The translations under genes and the position numbers were made by a program. This document shows positions 50,585 to 62,398 of a DNA stretch of 62,442 nt, one piece after another. Below the pieces are notes generated by a model. It searched no databases and was not told where the DNA came from. It saw nothing but the letters and a program-made list of their open reading frames with translations. The first letter of the stretch is position 1; the number at the start of each line of letters is the position of its first letter. The DNA is from Macrostomum lignano. Taxonomy: Eukaryota. The DNA lies in assembly GCA_002269645.1 (NCBI GenBank), contig NIVC01004056.1:1-62442 (forward strand), in the 5' to 3' direction.

Positions 50585-50912
50585 ACCTGGGTGTCAGTTC
50601 CCGATTCCCTGGGTGTCAGTTTCGAATCCATGGGTGTCAGTTCCCGAATTCCTGGGTGTCAGTTCCCGAATTCCTGGGTGTCAGTTCCCGAATTCCTGGG
50701 TGTCAGTTCCCGAATTCCTGGGTGTCAGTTCCCGAATCCCTGGGTGTCAGTTCCCGAATTCCTGGGTGTCAGTTCCCGAATTCCTGGGTGTCAGTTCCCG
50801 AATTCCTGGGTGTCAGTTCCCAAATCCCTGGGTGTCAGTTCCCGAATCCCTGGGTGTCAGTTCCCGAATCCCTGGGTGTCAGTTCCCGAATTCTTGGGTG
50901 TCAGTTTCGAAT
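50585..50912. repeat. 22-bp minisatellite CTGGGTGTCAGTTCCCGAATTC
   Basis: The period is 22 (50652 to 50674). Confidence 0.93.
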
Positions 50913-51006
50913 CAGCGGGATCGTCAGTATTCATTTCACTGTCTCCATCTCCACCTGTCCAAGAGCTTATATCATAAATTCATTTAATTATGCTGCTCCT
51001 AAGCAG

Positions 51007-51090
51007 GTGCCTGGCCGCCAGAGCCCAGCTGGCTTCATCAATCTGCAGCATCGAGCTTGTCATCCATCCCGTCCGCACCGAATCAAGAAG
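51007..51090 (+). CDS. Possible 84-nt symmetric cassette exon of the Mint gene
   Basis: taagcAG...AAG|GTTTAA, phase 1-1 and open (GAWPPEPSWLHQSAASSLSSIPSAPNQE). The donor is weak. Confidence 0.25.
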
Positions 51091-51459
51091 GTTTAAATCC
51101 GGCGCCAGGCCGCCCAGGCTGCTCCGCTAACCAGTTAATTGCGTTAGAGGCTCTTAAAATTTTTATCCCCTCCAGCAGCCTCTCTACTTAAAAATTTCCT
51201 TGCCCGACTCAGTCAATCCGCTTAGGCCGGTCGCCAGGCCGCACCGCCTGGGAAATGACGGGGAGGGGCTGGTGGGCCGCCCACAATTTCCAGAGTCCGT
51301 TTTTTCTGCGCTTGCGATGGACCCGCAATTTTTTTCTAGTCCGACTGCGCCTTATCATTAATGCATTGCGCGGCTTATCTCGCCTCGCGTTTCTCTCTGC
51401 TGCTGCTGCGATCGCCTCACACCATCCCTGCCTCCTCCTGCTGTCTCTGCGTGCTCTGC

Positions 51460-51998
<539 letters not shown>

Positions 51999-52560
51999 TT
52001 AGCGCCCTGGCTTAGCGTCTACCGCAGTGTCTCAGTGTCGGCTTGTCTCTCTTCTTCCTTCCCTTCGCCCTGGGTTTTCTATCTTGATCTTCCTTTTTCC
52101 ATTTAATTTCGCTAACTGATTTTGCCTGTGCTTTTTGGTCAAAGCAAAAGCGGGCCTTGAATAAACAGGAGCCTACTGGCTATCAAGTCAGGCTATCTCA
52201 ACCGCCCATCTACGAATCTGAATTATCCATTTCCCAATTGGATTTTTCAAATCGCAGTCAATGCAGCCGCAATACAAACTGACATTTCCCATTTCCTGTG
52301 CGCGAGATGCTGTGGAAGACAGGCAACCGGAAGCCACTGATTCTGCTGAATTTGCGATTCAAACCGAAATTTGTTTTAAACTGGGGGGGGGCTTGACTGA
52401 AAGTTTTTGTGAGAGTTCACCTGCAGACCATTCCGCTATCATAAGACCGCACCCGAAGAATCGAACCCCCGGGACCCCCGTACACCTGCTAAGCTCAATC
52501 ATGACTTGCGCGTTAAATTCTCTTGATTTCATTCCGTAATTTTAACTTCTTAACACTCAG

Positions 52561-52589
52561 AGCCAGCAGAGCAGCAGCAGAAGCAGCAG

Positions 52590-52627
<38 letters not shown>

Positions 52628-52827
52628 ACAACCCCAGCCTCCGCAGCAGCAGCGCAGCGGCGGCTCGCCAGTCAGGATCTGGACTTTCCCGACATCGCCA
52701 GCCATCGACTCCGACGACAGCGGCGCGGCTTCGCCAACCTCGGCGTCGTCAGGCGAAGAGGAGGCCGCCTCGTCGGAGGCTGTTTCTTCGTCTTCGTCGA
52801 CAAACACGACAGGGTCGAATCGGTTCC

Positions 52828-52872
<45 letters not shown>

Positions 52873-53037
52873 ACAGAGACAGCGGGAAGCGCAGCGGCGG
52901 CGGTCGCCTCGAAGGTGGCAGGCGCTACTTGACGTCTCTGCTGACTGGCGATAGGCAGCGCGGCCGCTACCGTCGGGTGCCTCTGCAGTGCGGCCCGGAT
53001 GACGCCGTCAGAAAATCAGAGGCTGTTGAGCCAGGCG
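52561..53037 (+). CDS. APBA-like: X11/Mint gene, internal exon (polyQ/K, Ser-rich, poly-Gly); frame absent from the ORF track
   Basis: Acceptor cttcttaacactcAG, a 477-nt open frame in phase 1-1 (EPAEQQQKQQKQ...SPVRIWTFPTSP...G13...AVEPG), and donor G|GTGGGT. Confidence 0.65.
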
Positions 53038-53366
53038 GTGGGTAGTAGCTCTGGCATGTTTTAATTGTTGTTTTGTCGGGTTACCAAGGCCTAACCTAAG
53101 GGTAAGAGTACCTGAATAGCTAGTACCTGAATAGCTAGTACCTGAAAAAAGAGTAGCATGCTGTACATGCTACATCAAAGGAATGGTAATCTTTACTGCC
53201 AGAGATCAAATGCAGTCATTGATTTTGTGATAAAAAATGATTTTTTCATATCTCTACAGTGTATTTTTTCCAAGAAATTGGCCTCCTAAAAATTACACGA
53301 ACTTTGGGTTTTACGTATTGTGATACTACAGGGCAAGTAACAGGGGTCCTTGCTGTATCGTAGGAA

Positions 53367-53505
53367 AAGAATCGGCGGAAAAGAATCGGCGGACAGGCAT
53401 CAATGGACAGGCATCAGTGAACGGGCATCAGTGGACAGGCATCAGTGGACAGGCATCGGTGGACAGGCATCGGTGGACAGGAATCGGTGGACAGGAATCG
53501 GTGGA
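53367..53505. repeat. About 15-bp repeat (GTGGACAGGCATCA/G)
   Basis: Directly visible, about 9 degenerate copies. Confidence 0.8.
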
Positions 53506-54814
53506 AAAGAATAGAAAATGTGTCAGTGGACAAGCTTCAATGGACAGCTAATATGCATATTGCCGATAAGCTGTAGTCAAAGACAAGAGCATCAACGGAC
53601 AAGTTCAGTAGGATAACATGTCAGCCAAACGGCTGATAAAATAACCGACAAGCGCACGGAGAAAGCTGACAAAAGCGTAGACAACTGCCTAGAACCGATG
53701 ACTTGGGCGATTAGAAACAAGGTTTTAAAAAGAATTTCACTTCTAGCCCGCGCGGCCAGCCGATCAGAAGCCAGACCGGAGAGAGGGAAAAGCACAAGGT
53801 CGAGAGATTTCCTGTCGAATCGGGAGTTTATCTTTCGTCCAGATCGCCCCGCCTTGCCAGACCGGCTGTCTGTCTGTCAATTGTCTCCCAGGCTGCCTCC
53901 AGCCTCCCAGCAGGGGGTTGGGAGTGGGGGGAGCGCGAGCGTTTAGAGGGGAATAAAACTCGGGCAAGATATCCCCCGCATAGTCCACTCAGCCGTCGCG
54001 TGCTGGAAATTCCGTGTCCGTTAAGTTTTTGCTGCTGCCCTAAGCTATCCGCTGCTCCTTCCGAATTTTTGTTTCACTCAGCTCCACTGCCGCGGGGAAG
54101 CCCGCTCTCAGCTGCTGCTCCCGGGGCATCGACTCGCCTCTCTCCGCTGTTATTCTCTTCCTTTTTGCTTTGCTAGCCCCAGCCTCGACAGCTCCGGGCC
54201 TAATTATGTTAATTATGCCGCTTACTGCCCGCCTCGGCTCCCAGTGCAAAGCGGATTACCCGACAGGCAGTCCGCTCCAAGCCAGCCCTGCACTGCTCTG
54301 CCCCTGAGCAATGGGACCAACACCAACACCAACCCCGTTCAAAAAAATCGCGCCACCCCCTATTCACAGCCGCTCTTCTCGGCATCATTCGAATCCGAAT
54401 GGGAAGCTGGAAATCCCTGTGTCTTCATCCGGCCGAGCCCCCCCTGCCCGATCCGCCTGCCTTAGATAGGCGTCCGACTCAATGACTCCGCGCTCTTTCC
54501 TCCCCACGTCCCCTCTTCCCCGCTCTTATCCCCGCTCTTACTCATCCGCCATGCTTGGCTCAGCCTCCCACTGACCTCGCTTATCCAAAACGCCAGCAAT
54601 TTATCTTACTCTGTCTGGGCGGGAAGGCCAAGCTTACAAATAAAAATAAACCGAATACTAAAGGAAGCACTTATATTTGTTGCCATTGAGTGCTTTGCTG
54701 TTTTGCAGCTTGGCACCCGCCATCAGTTTGCTGCCCAGCCATCAAGAGATGCTGAATTCCCTGTGTGCTAAACTGCGGCAGGACCACCGGCTCCGCTCAC
54801 TCCGCTCCTCCACC

Positions 54815-55190
54815 CACCCACTCCACTACCCACCCCACTCCCCCACCCACCCCATTCCTCCACCCACCCCACTCCTCCACGCACCCCATTCCTCCACGCA
54901 CCCCATTCCTCCACGCACCCCATTCCTCCACGCACCCCATTCCTCCACCCACCCCACTCCTCCACGCACCCCATTCCTCCACCCACCTCACTCCTCCACA
55001 CACTCCACTCCTACACCAACCGCACTCCTACACCAACCGCACTCCTACACCAACCGCACTCCTACACTAACCTCACTCCTACACCCACCACACTCCTCTA
55101 GCCGCCTCACTCCTACACCCATCTCACTCCTCCACCAACCTCACTCGATCCTACATCAAACTCACTCCTCCACCCACCTCACCCACATTA
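54815..55190. repeat. C-rich degenerate array of about 18 bp (CCCCATTCCTCCACGCAC)
   Basis: Directly visible. Confidence 0.85.
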
Positions 55191-55205
55191 ACCCCAATTG
55201 CGCAG

Positions 55206-55517
55206 ATGGCGGCTCCTCCAGACAGCCCGCATCAGCATCGACCGCTGACTGCTATGACAGCGACGGCGACACGGACGGCCTGTTGAAGAAGCCCTACTGT
55301 CGGGAGGTACGGCTGCACATCCCCGAGCTGCGGCGCCAGCAGACGCGCAGCGGCTCCGCCGGGTCGGCGATGACGTCATCCACCTCCTCTTCCACTTCCG
55401 CTGCCGGCAGTGAGCCCCGGATCCTCCAGTCGGCGAATACGGCGCAAGGTGGTGCGCAGCAGCAGCCGAAGAAGCAGCAGGAGTCCAATGATCAAGCCGA
55501 TGGCAGCAGCGGAGAAG
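55206..55517 (+). CDS. APBA-like: X11/Mint gene, internal exon preceding the PTB domain
   Basis: Acceptor ttgcgcAG, 312 nt in phase 1-1 (DGGSSRQP...GLLKKPYCREVRLHIPELRRQ...GSSGE), and donor G|GTAGGA. It joins in frame to VLIEG. Confidence 0.7.
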
Positions 55518-55574
55518 GTAGGAGCTGCCTGCCTGCTGCATGCTACTGTCTCTTTCTCCTTGTCTGGTGTCCTG

Positions 55575-56642
55575 TTTCTCTCAGTCTCTGTCAGTCTCTC
55601 TCAGTGTCTCAGTCTCTCTCAGTGTCTCAGTCTCTCTCAGTGTCTCAGTCTCTCTCAGTGTCTCAGTCTCTCTCAGTGTCTCAGTCTCTCTCAGTATCTC
55701 AGTCTCTCTCAGTGTCTCAGTCTCAGTCAGTGTCTCAGTCTCTCTCAGTGTCTCAGTCTCTCTCAGTGTCTCAGTCTCTCTCAGTGTCGCAGTCTCTCTC
55801 AGTGTCTCAGTCTCTCTCAGTGTCTCAGTCTCTCTCAGTGTCTCAGTCTCTCTCAGTGTCTCAGTCTCAGTCAGTGTCTCAGTCTCTCTCAGTGTCTCAG
55901 TCTCTCTCAGTGTCTCAGTCTCTCTCAGTGTCTCAGTCTCAGTCAGTGTCTCAGTCTCTCTCAGTGTCTCAGTCTCTCTCAGTGTCTCAGTCTCTCTCAG
56001 TGTCTCAGTCTCTCTCAGTGTCTCAGTCTCTCTCAGTGTCTCAGTCTCTGTCAGTCTCTCTCAGTCTCTCTCAGCCCTCTCAGCCCCTCACAGTCTTTCA
56101 CAGTCTCTCTCAGTCTCTTACAGTCTCTCTCAGTCTCTCTCAGTCTCTCTCAGTCTCTCTCAGTCTCTCACAGTCTCTCACAGTCTCTCTCAGCCCCTCT
56201 CAGCCCCTCACAGTCTCTCACAGTCTCTCTCAGTCTCTTACAGTCTCTGTCAGTCTCTGTCAGTCTCTGTCAGTCTCTGTCAGTCTCTGTCAGTCTCTCC
56301 CAGTCTCTCACAGTCTCTCTCAGTCTCTATCAGTCTCTCACAGTCTCTCACAGTCTCTCACAGTCTCTCTCAGTCTCTCTCAGTCTCTCACAGTCTCTCA
56401 CAGTCTCTCACAGTCTCTCCCAGTCTCTCACAGTCTCTCTCAGTCTCTATCAGTCTCTCACAGTCTCTCACAGTCTCTCACAGTCTCTCTCAGTCTCTCT
56501 CAGTCTCTCACAGTCTCTCACAGTCTCTCACAGTCTCTCTCAGTCTCTCACAGTCTCTCTCAGTCTCTATCAGTCTCTCACAGTCTCTCACAGTCTCTCA
56601 CAGTCTCTCTCAGTCTCTCTCAGTCTCTCACAGTCTCTCAGT
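55575..56642. repeat. CAGTCTCTCT-based array (18-bp units on the left, 10-bp units on the right)
   Basis: Directly visible. It explains the ORFs at 54677-56954. Confidence 0.95.
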
Positions 56643-57732
56643 CTTTTCCCTTTCTCTTTCAGTCTCTCATATGCTAAAGTACCTCTATGTATGCATACTT
56701 ACTTTCTAAACACTTATATAGTAACCGAAACTATAAAAGTGGTTAATAGTTTATTTAAGCAACCTCAACGTCTGTACTATGCGGCTTTTAAAAGACGCCT
56801 CATATGCTTTGAAATATTTCAGAGTCTACAGCCAAAACGTCAACTCTTTGCTGTTCAAAAAAGCCGTCGGCCCCTAAAATTAGAAATCTCATTCAGGAAT
56901 CAAAACTGCGGCATTTGCATCAGAGGCGAATGCAATTTAGGATTTCGGATTTAGAATGGAAGAGAATTTAGGGCGCAAGAAAAATAAAAAATTCAGAGGA
57001 ATTTCGACTTTCTTCTACTGTTCCTCAATTTCCCCTTGACTCTTTCAGGGGGGGGGATAAACGCCTTGAAAGCATTTCTGACGGGATTCTGGCTGTGCGG
57101 TCTCCATCTTTATTAGTCCTCTTTCCGGCCGCTGATAAGCCAATCTTTGAATTCCTTACCCGGGCCGGCCTCTCCCGCCACTATTTTACCCCCCCCTTCT
57201 CTGTGCTTTTCATTCCTCCGCAGCCTCTCAAAGTCCCGCCCAGTTTGTTCCCACGCCGAATTTTGCTGCCGAATTTCTCCCACTCTCTCTCTCTCCTGCC
57301 CCACCCCCCGTTTCCCGACTCCGGGCTCCCGGAGGTCAGGCAGCGGCGGCTTGCGCTGTCACGCTCGTTCGGCTTTCAGCAGATGATTATTTTCTCTAAC
57401 ACTGCCCACCCGCCTGTGTCCCCCAGCCCGCAGGCCGCCTGTCTGCGCAGATAGGGATTCCGTGTTCTGCACTTGTCTGTCAACTTTTTCAACTCTCATC
57501 CCTTCTTTTAGTGTTCTTCTTTCGCAGTTGTGACTCAACTTTTGCTTCCTATATGTTTCGGCTGCTATTCATTTCCTACTCGTAGATCGCTTTTTAGGGC
57601 GCCTTCCTACGAGTCTAGCTGCTGTGAACGATAAAATAACATTTTGCGAACAAAAATGTGCCTATCGCGTCAAAGTTTCCGATTACACTACTGGGACAAG
57701 TAGCAATCAACGATTTTCTTCATTTGCAACAG

Positions 57733-57854
57733 TGCTGATCGAGGGCCTGCTGTTCAGGGCGCTGTACCTCGGCTCTACCCAGCTGGTCACCGAGGGCCAG
57801 CCCGGCAAAGCCGCCAGGATGACGCAAGCGCAGGAGGCTGTGAACAGGGTCAAG
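57733..57854 (+). CDS. APBA-like: X11/Mint/LIN-10 PTB domain, first part
   Basis: [41 protein letters not shown] matches the Mint PTB start (YLGSTQL...RMxQAQEAVxRxK, recalled from memory). Acceptor gcaacAG, donor AAG|GTGGGT. Confidence 0.9.
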
Positions 57855-57911
57855 GTGGGTGTCCGAGCTGGAGCACTGATGAGCATCCTGCTACATCTTT
57901 ACGTCTCAGTC

Positions 57912-60900
57912 ACCAGCCTCCCAGATCTCCACTTACTGGGCCAACGCCACCCTCTCAGATCCTCAGTTGCTGAGCCAGCCTCCCAGATCCTCAGTTGCTG
58001 AGCCAGCCTCCCAGATCCTCAGTTGCTGGGCCAGCCTCCCAGATCCTCAGTTGTTGGGCCAGCCTCCCAGATCCTCAGTTTCTGGGCCAGCCTCCCAGAT
58101 CCTCAGTTGCTGGGCCAGCCTCCCAGATCCTCAGTTGCTGGGCCAGCCTCCCAGATCCTCAGTTGCTGGGCCAGCCTCCCAGATCCTCAGTTGCTGGGCC
58201 AGCCTCCCAGATCCTCAGTTGCTGGCCAGCCTCACAGATCCTCAGTTGCTGGGCCAGCCTCCCAGATCCTCAGTTGCTGAGCCAGCCTCTCAGATCCTCA
58301 GTTGCTGGGCCAGCCTCCCAGATCCTCAGTTGCTGGGCCAGCCTCCCAGATCCTCAGTTGCTGGGCCAGCCTCCCAGATCCTCAGTTGTTGGGCCAGCCT
58401 CCAGATCCTCAGTTTCTGGGCCAGCCTCCCAGATCCTCAGTTGCTGGGCCAGCCTCCCAGATCCTCAGTTGCTGGGCCAGCCTCCCAGATCCTCAGTTGC
58501 TGGGCCAGCCTCCCAGATCCTCAGTTACTGGGCCAGCCTCCCAGATCCTCAGTTGCTGGGCCAGCCTCACAGATCCTCAGTTGCTGGGCCAGCCTCCCAG
58601 ATCCTCAGTTGCTGAGCCAGCCTCTCAGATCCTCAGTTGCTGGGCCAGCCTCCCAGATCCTCAGTTGCTGGGCCAGCCTCCCAGATCCTCAGTTGCTGGC
58701 CAGCCTCCCAGATCCTCAGTTGCTGGGCCAGCCTCCCAGATCCTCAGTTGCTGTGCCAGCCTCCCATATTCTCAGTTTCTGGGCCTCTCCAGATACCCAG
58801 TTACTGGGCCAGTCTCCCAGATCCTCAGTTGCTGGGCCAGCCTCCCAGATCCTCAGTTGCTGGGCCAGCCTCCCAGATCCTCAGTTGCTGGCCAGCCTCC
58901 CAGATCCTCAGTTGCTGGGCCAGCCTCACAGATCCTCAGTTGCTGGGCCAGCCTCCCAGATCCTCAGTTGCTGAGCCAGCCTCTCAGATCCTCAGTTGCT
59001 GGGCCAGCCTCCCAGATCCTCAGTTGCTGGGCCAGCCTCCCAGATCCTCAGTTGCTGGGCCAGCCTCCCAGATCCTCAGTTGTTGGGCCAGCCTCCAGAT
59101 CCTCAGTTTCTGGGCCAGCCTCCCAGATCCTCAGTTGCTGGGCCAGCCTCCCAGATCCTCAGTTGCTGGCCAGCCTCCAGATCCTCAGTTGCTGGGCCAG
59201 CCTCCCAGATCCTCAGTTACTGGGCCAGCCTCCCAGATCCTCAGTTGCTGGGCCAGCCTCACAGATCCTCAGTTGCTGGGCCAGCCTCCCAGATCCTCAG
59301 TTGCTGAGCCAGCCTCTCAGATCCTCAGTTGCTGGGCCAGCCTCCCAGATCCTCAGTTGCTGGGCCAGCCTCCCAGATCCTCAGTTGCTGGGCCAGCCTC
59401 CCAGATCCTCAGTTGCTGGGCCAGCCTCCCAGATCCTCAGTTGCTGTGCCAGCCTCCCATATTCTCAGTTTCTGGGCCTCTCCAGATACCCAGTTACTGG
59501 GCCAGTCTCCCAGATCCTCAGTTGCTGGGCCAGCCTCCCAGATCCTCAGTTGCTGGGCCAGCCTCCCATATTCTCAGTTGCTGGGCCAGCCTCCCAGATC
59601 CTCAGTTACTGGGCCAGCCTCCCAGATCCTCAGTTGCTGGGCCAGCCTCCCAGATCCTCAGTTGCTGTGCCAGCCTCCCATATTCTCAGTTTCTGGGCCT
59701 CTCCAGATACCCAGTTACTGGGCCAGTCTCCCAGATCCTCAGTTGCTGGGCCAGCCTCCCAGATCCTCAGTTGCTGGGCCAGCCTCCCATATTCTCAGTT
59801 TCTGGCCTCTCCAGATACCCAGTTACTGGGCCAGTCTCCCAGATCCTCAGTTGCTGAGCCAGCCTCTCAGATCCTCAGTTGCTGGGCCAGTCTCCCAGAT
59901 CCTCAGTTGCTGGGCCAGCCTCCCAGATCCTCAGTTGCTGAGCCAGCCTCTCAGATCCTCAGTTGCTGGGCCAGCCTCCCAGATCCTCAGTTGCTGAGCC
60001 AGCCTCTCAGATCCTCAGTTGCTGTGCCAGCCTCCCAGATCCTCAGTTGCTGGGCCAGCCTCCCAGATCCTTAGTTGCTGGGCCAGCCTCCCAGATCCTC
60101 AGTTGCTGGGCCAGCCTCCCAGATCCTCAGTTACTGGGCCAGTCTCCCAGATCCTCAGTTGCTGAGCCAGCCTCTCAGATCCTCAGTTGCTGGGCCAGTC
60201 TCCCAGATCCTCAGTTGTTAAGTTAGCCTCCCAGATCCTCAGTTGCTGGGCCAGCCTCCCAGATCCTCAGTTGCTGGGCCAGCCTCCCAGATCCTCAGTT
60301 GCTAAGCCAGCCTCTCAGATCCTCAGTTGCTGGGCCAGCCTCCCAGATCCTCAGTTGCTGGGCCAGCCTCCCAGATCCTTAGTTGCTGGGCCAGCCTCCC
60401 AGATCCTCAGTTGCTGGCCAGCCTCCCAGATCCTCAGTTACTGGGCCAGCCTCCCAGATCCTCAGTTGCTGGGCCAGCCTCCCAGATCCTCAGTTGCTGT
60501 GCCAGCCTCCCATATTCTCAGTTTCTGGGCCTCTCCAGATACCCAGTTACTGGGCCAGTCTCCCAGATCCTCAGTTGCTGAGCCAGCCTCCCAGATCCTC
60601 AGTTGCTGGGCCAGCCTCCCATATTCTCAGTTTCTGGGCCTCTCCAGATACCCAGTTACTGGGCCAGTCTCCCAGATCCTCAGTTGCTGAGCCAGCCTCT
60701 TAGATCCTCAGTTGCTGGGCCAGTCTCCCAGATCCTCAGTTGCTGGGCCAGCCTCTCAGATCCTCAGTTGCTGGGCCAGTCTCCCAGATCCTCAGTTGTT
60801 AAGTTAGCCTCCCAGATCCTCAGTTGTTAAGTTAGCCTCCCAGATCCTCAGTTGCTGGGCCAGCCTCCCAGATCCTCAGTTGCTGGGCCAGCCTCCCAGA

Positions 60901-61030
60901 TCCTCAGTTGCTGGGCCAGCCTCCCAGATCCTCAGTTGCTGGGCCAGCCTCCCAGATCCTCAGTTGCTGGGCCAGCCTCCCAGATCCTCAGTTGCTGGGC
61001 CAGCCTCCCAGATGCTCAGTTGCTGGGCCA
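57912..61030. repeat. 28-bp satellite GGGCCAGCCTCCCAGATCCTCAGTTGCT, about 110 copies, with higher-order variant blocks
   Basis: Directly visible; it fills about 3.1 kb of a 3.24-kb intron. Confidence 0.97.
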
Positions 61031-61094
61031 CCGCCGCTTTCCCAGTACCGCGATTCCCTAAATCAAAGACCTCAACCGTCCACCGCCCGCCAAG

Positions 61095-61327
61095 GCGCCG
61101 GATGGAGAGCAGCAGCCCTGCGTCCCAGTCGACCTGTTCATCTCCAAGGAAAAGATCCTGGTGCTGAACGCCAACCTGCAGGAGATCATGATGGACCACG
61201 CGCTGAAGACCGTGCCTACATCGCAGATATTGGCAACCTGCTGGTGTTCATGGCCCGCAGGCGGCTCCTGCACAGTCCGGAGAAGAAGCAGGCCCGCGTT
61301 GTCTGCCACGTGTTCGAGACTGACGAG
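61095..61327 (+). CDS. APBA-like: X11/Mint/LIN-10 PTB domain, second part, with an apparent 1-nt deletion at 61214/61215; the gene continues beyond the window (PDZ exons not seen)
   Basis: APDGEQQPCVPVDLFISKEKILVLNANLQEIMMDHALKTV-[frameshift]-(S)YIADIGNLLVFMARRR...ARVVCHVFETDE|GTGAGT matches the Mint PTB motifs VDLFIS, MMDHxLxTxSYIADIG, MARRR and CHVFE. Confidence 0.88.
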
Positions 61328-61433
61328 GTGAGTGCGCACTGCCTGAGCTCTGCGTGTGTGCGCGGACATTCTTATTCATGGAAATAAAGCTTACTATTAT
61401 CTAATTATTGGAATAAAAATAGCTTTTATAGTA

Positions 61434-61515
61434 CAGGGGTCGGCAACTCCGGCCCGCGTGCCTCTCCATCCGGCCCTCGGTCCTTTGAAACTTCACCATA
61501 GCAATCCGGCCTGCT
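61434..61515 (+). mobile_element. hAT (Charlie-like) DNA transposon or MITE left terminus
   Basis: CAGGGGTCGGCAACTCCGGCCCGCGTGCC...CCGGCCC resembles Charlie-type termini. It is preceded by the 8-mer TTATAGTA, which has a central TA. The right TIR was not found in the window. Confidence 0.5.
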
Positions 61516-61529
61516 CAAGGTTTGTATCT

Positions 61530-62150
61530 CTTCTCAGCGCTCTTCTCTCTAATCTCCTCTCTACCCTTTCCTCTCTTCTCTCTCTCTTCTCTTCGCCCTC
61601 CTCTCTCCTCTCCTATCTTCTCTATCATCTCCTCTCCTCTCTCCTCTCTTCTCTTTTCTATCATCTCCTCTCTCCTCTCTCCTCTCTCCTCTCCTCTCTC
61701 CTCTCTCCTCTCTCCTCTCCTCTCCTCTCTCCTCTCTCCTCTCCTCTCTCCTCTCCTCTCCTCTCTCCTCTCTCCTCTCTCCTCTCCTCTCTCCTCTCTT
61801 CTCTATCATCTCCTCTCCTCTCTCCTCTCTCTTCTTTTCTATCATCTCCTCTCCCTCTCTCTCTCTCCTCTCCTCTCTCCTCTCTCCTCTCTCCTCTCCT
61901 CTCCTCTCTCCTCTCTCCTCTCCTCTCTCCTCTCCTCTCCTCTCTCCTCTCTCCTCTCTCCTCTCCTCTCTCCTCTCTTCTCTATCATCTCTCCTCTCTC
62001 CTCTCTCCTCTCTCCTTTCTCCTCTCCTCTCTCCTCTCCGCTCTCCTCTCCTCTCTTCTCTATCATCTCCTCTCTCCTCTCTCCTCTCCTCTCGCCCCAT
62101 CTCCTCTTTCTTCTTCTCTTATCTCCTCTCTCCTCCCTCCTCATCTTTCC
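61530..62150. repeat. (CTCTC/CTCCT)n polypyrimidine tract
   Basis: Directly visible. Confidence 0.95.
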
Positions 62151-62369
62151 ACTCCTTTCTTCTCCTTTATTCTCTCGCCTCTCCTTTTTCGTTTATCTCC
62201 TTCGTTTTTTTCTATTTTAAATCGAAACTTTATCCGAGATTTTCTGTTCAATTGATCACGGGAGAACTATAAAAGTTCCAAGTTCCACTGCACCTTAAAC
62301 AGGAAGTGAACTTCAACTTTCTGCCCCCACGTGACACTTTGTCTCCAGTGTCTTGTATATTCCAGTTCA

Positions 62370-62397
62370 AAATTGAGTCTTCTCAGTAAGAGACCGT
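62370..62397 (-). ncRNA. Spliced-leader-like fragment (truncated, not a full SL RNA gene)
   Basis: The minus strand reads ACGGTCTCTTACTGAGAAGACTCAATTT, 27 of 28 identical to the Macrostomum SL as I recall it (..ACGGTCTCTTACTGCGAAGACTCAATTTATTGCATG). It lacks the terminal ATTGCATG. The reference sequence is from memory and was not checked. Confidence 0.55.
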
Positions 62398-62398
62398 G

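Noticed and set aside
52550-52873. Minus-strand proline/cysteine-rich protein
   Set aside because: It is the antisense shadow of the plus-strand Mint exon (GGC and CAG repeats), which has proper splice sites.
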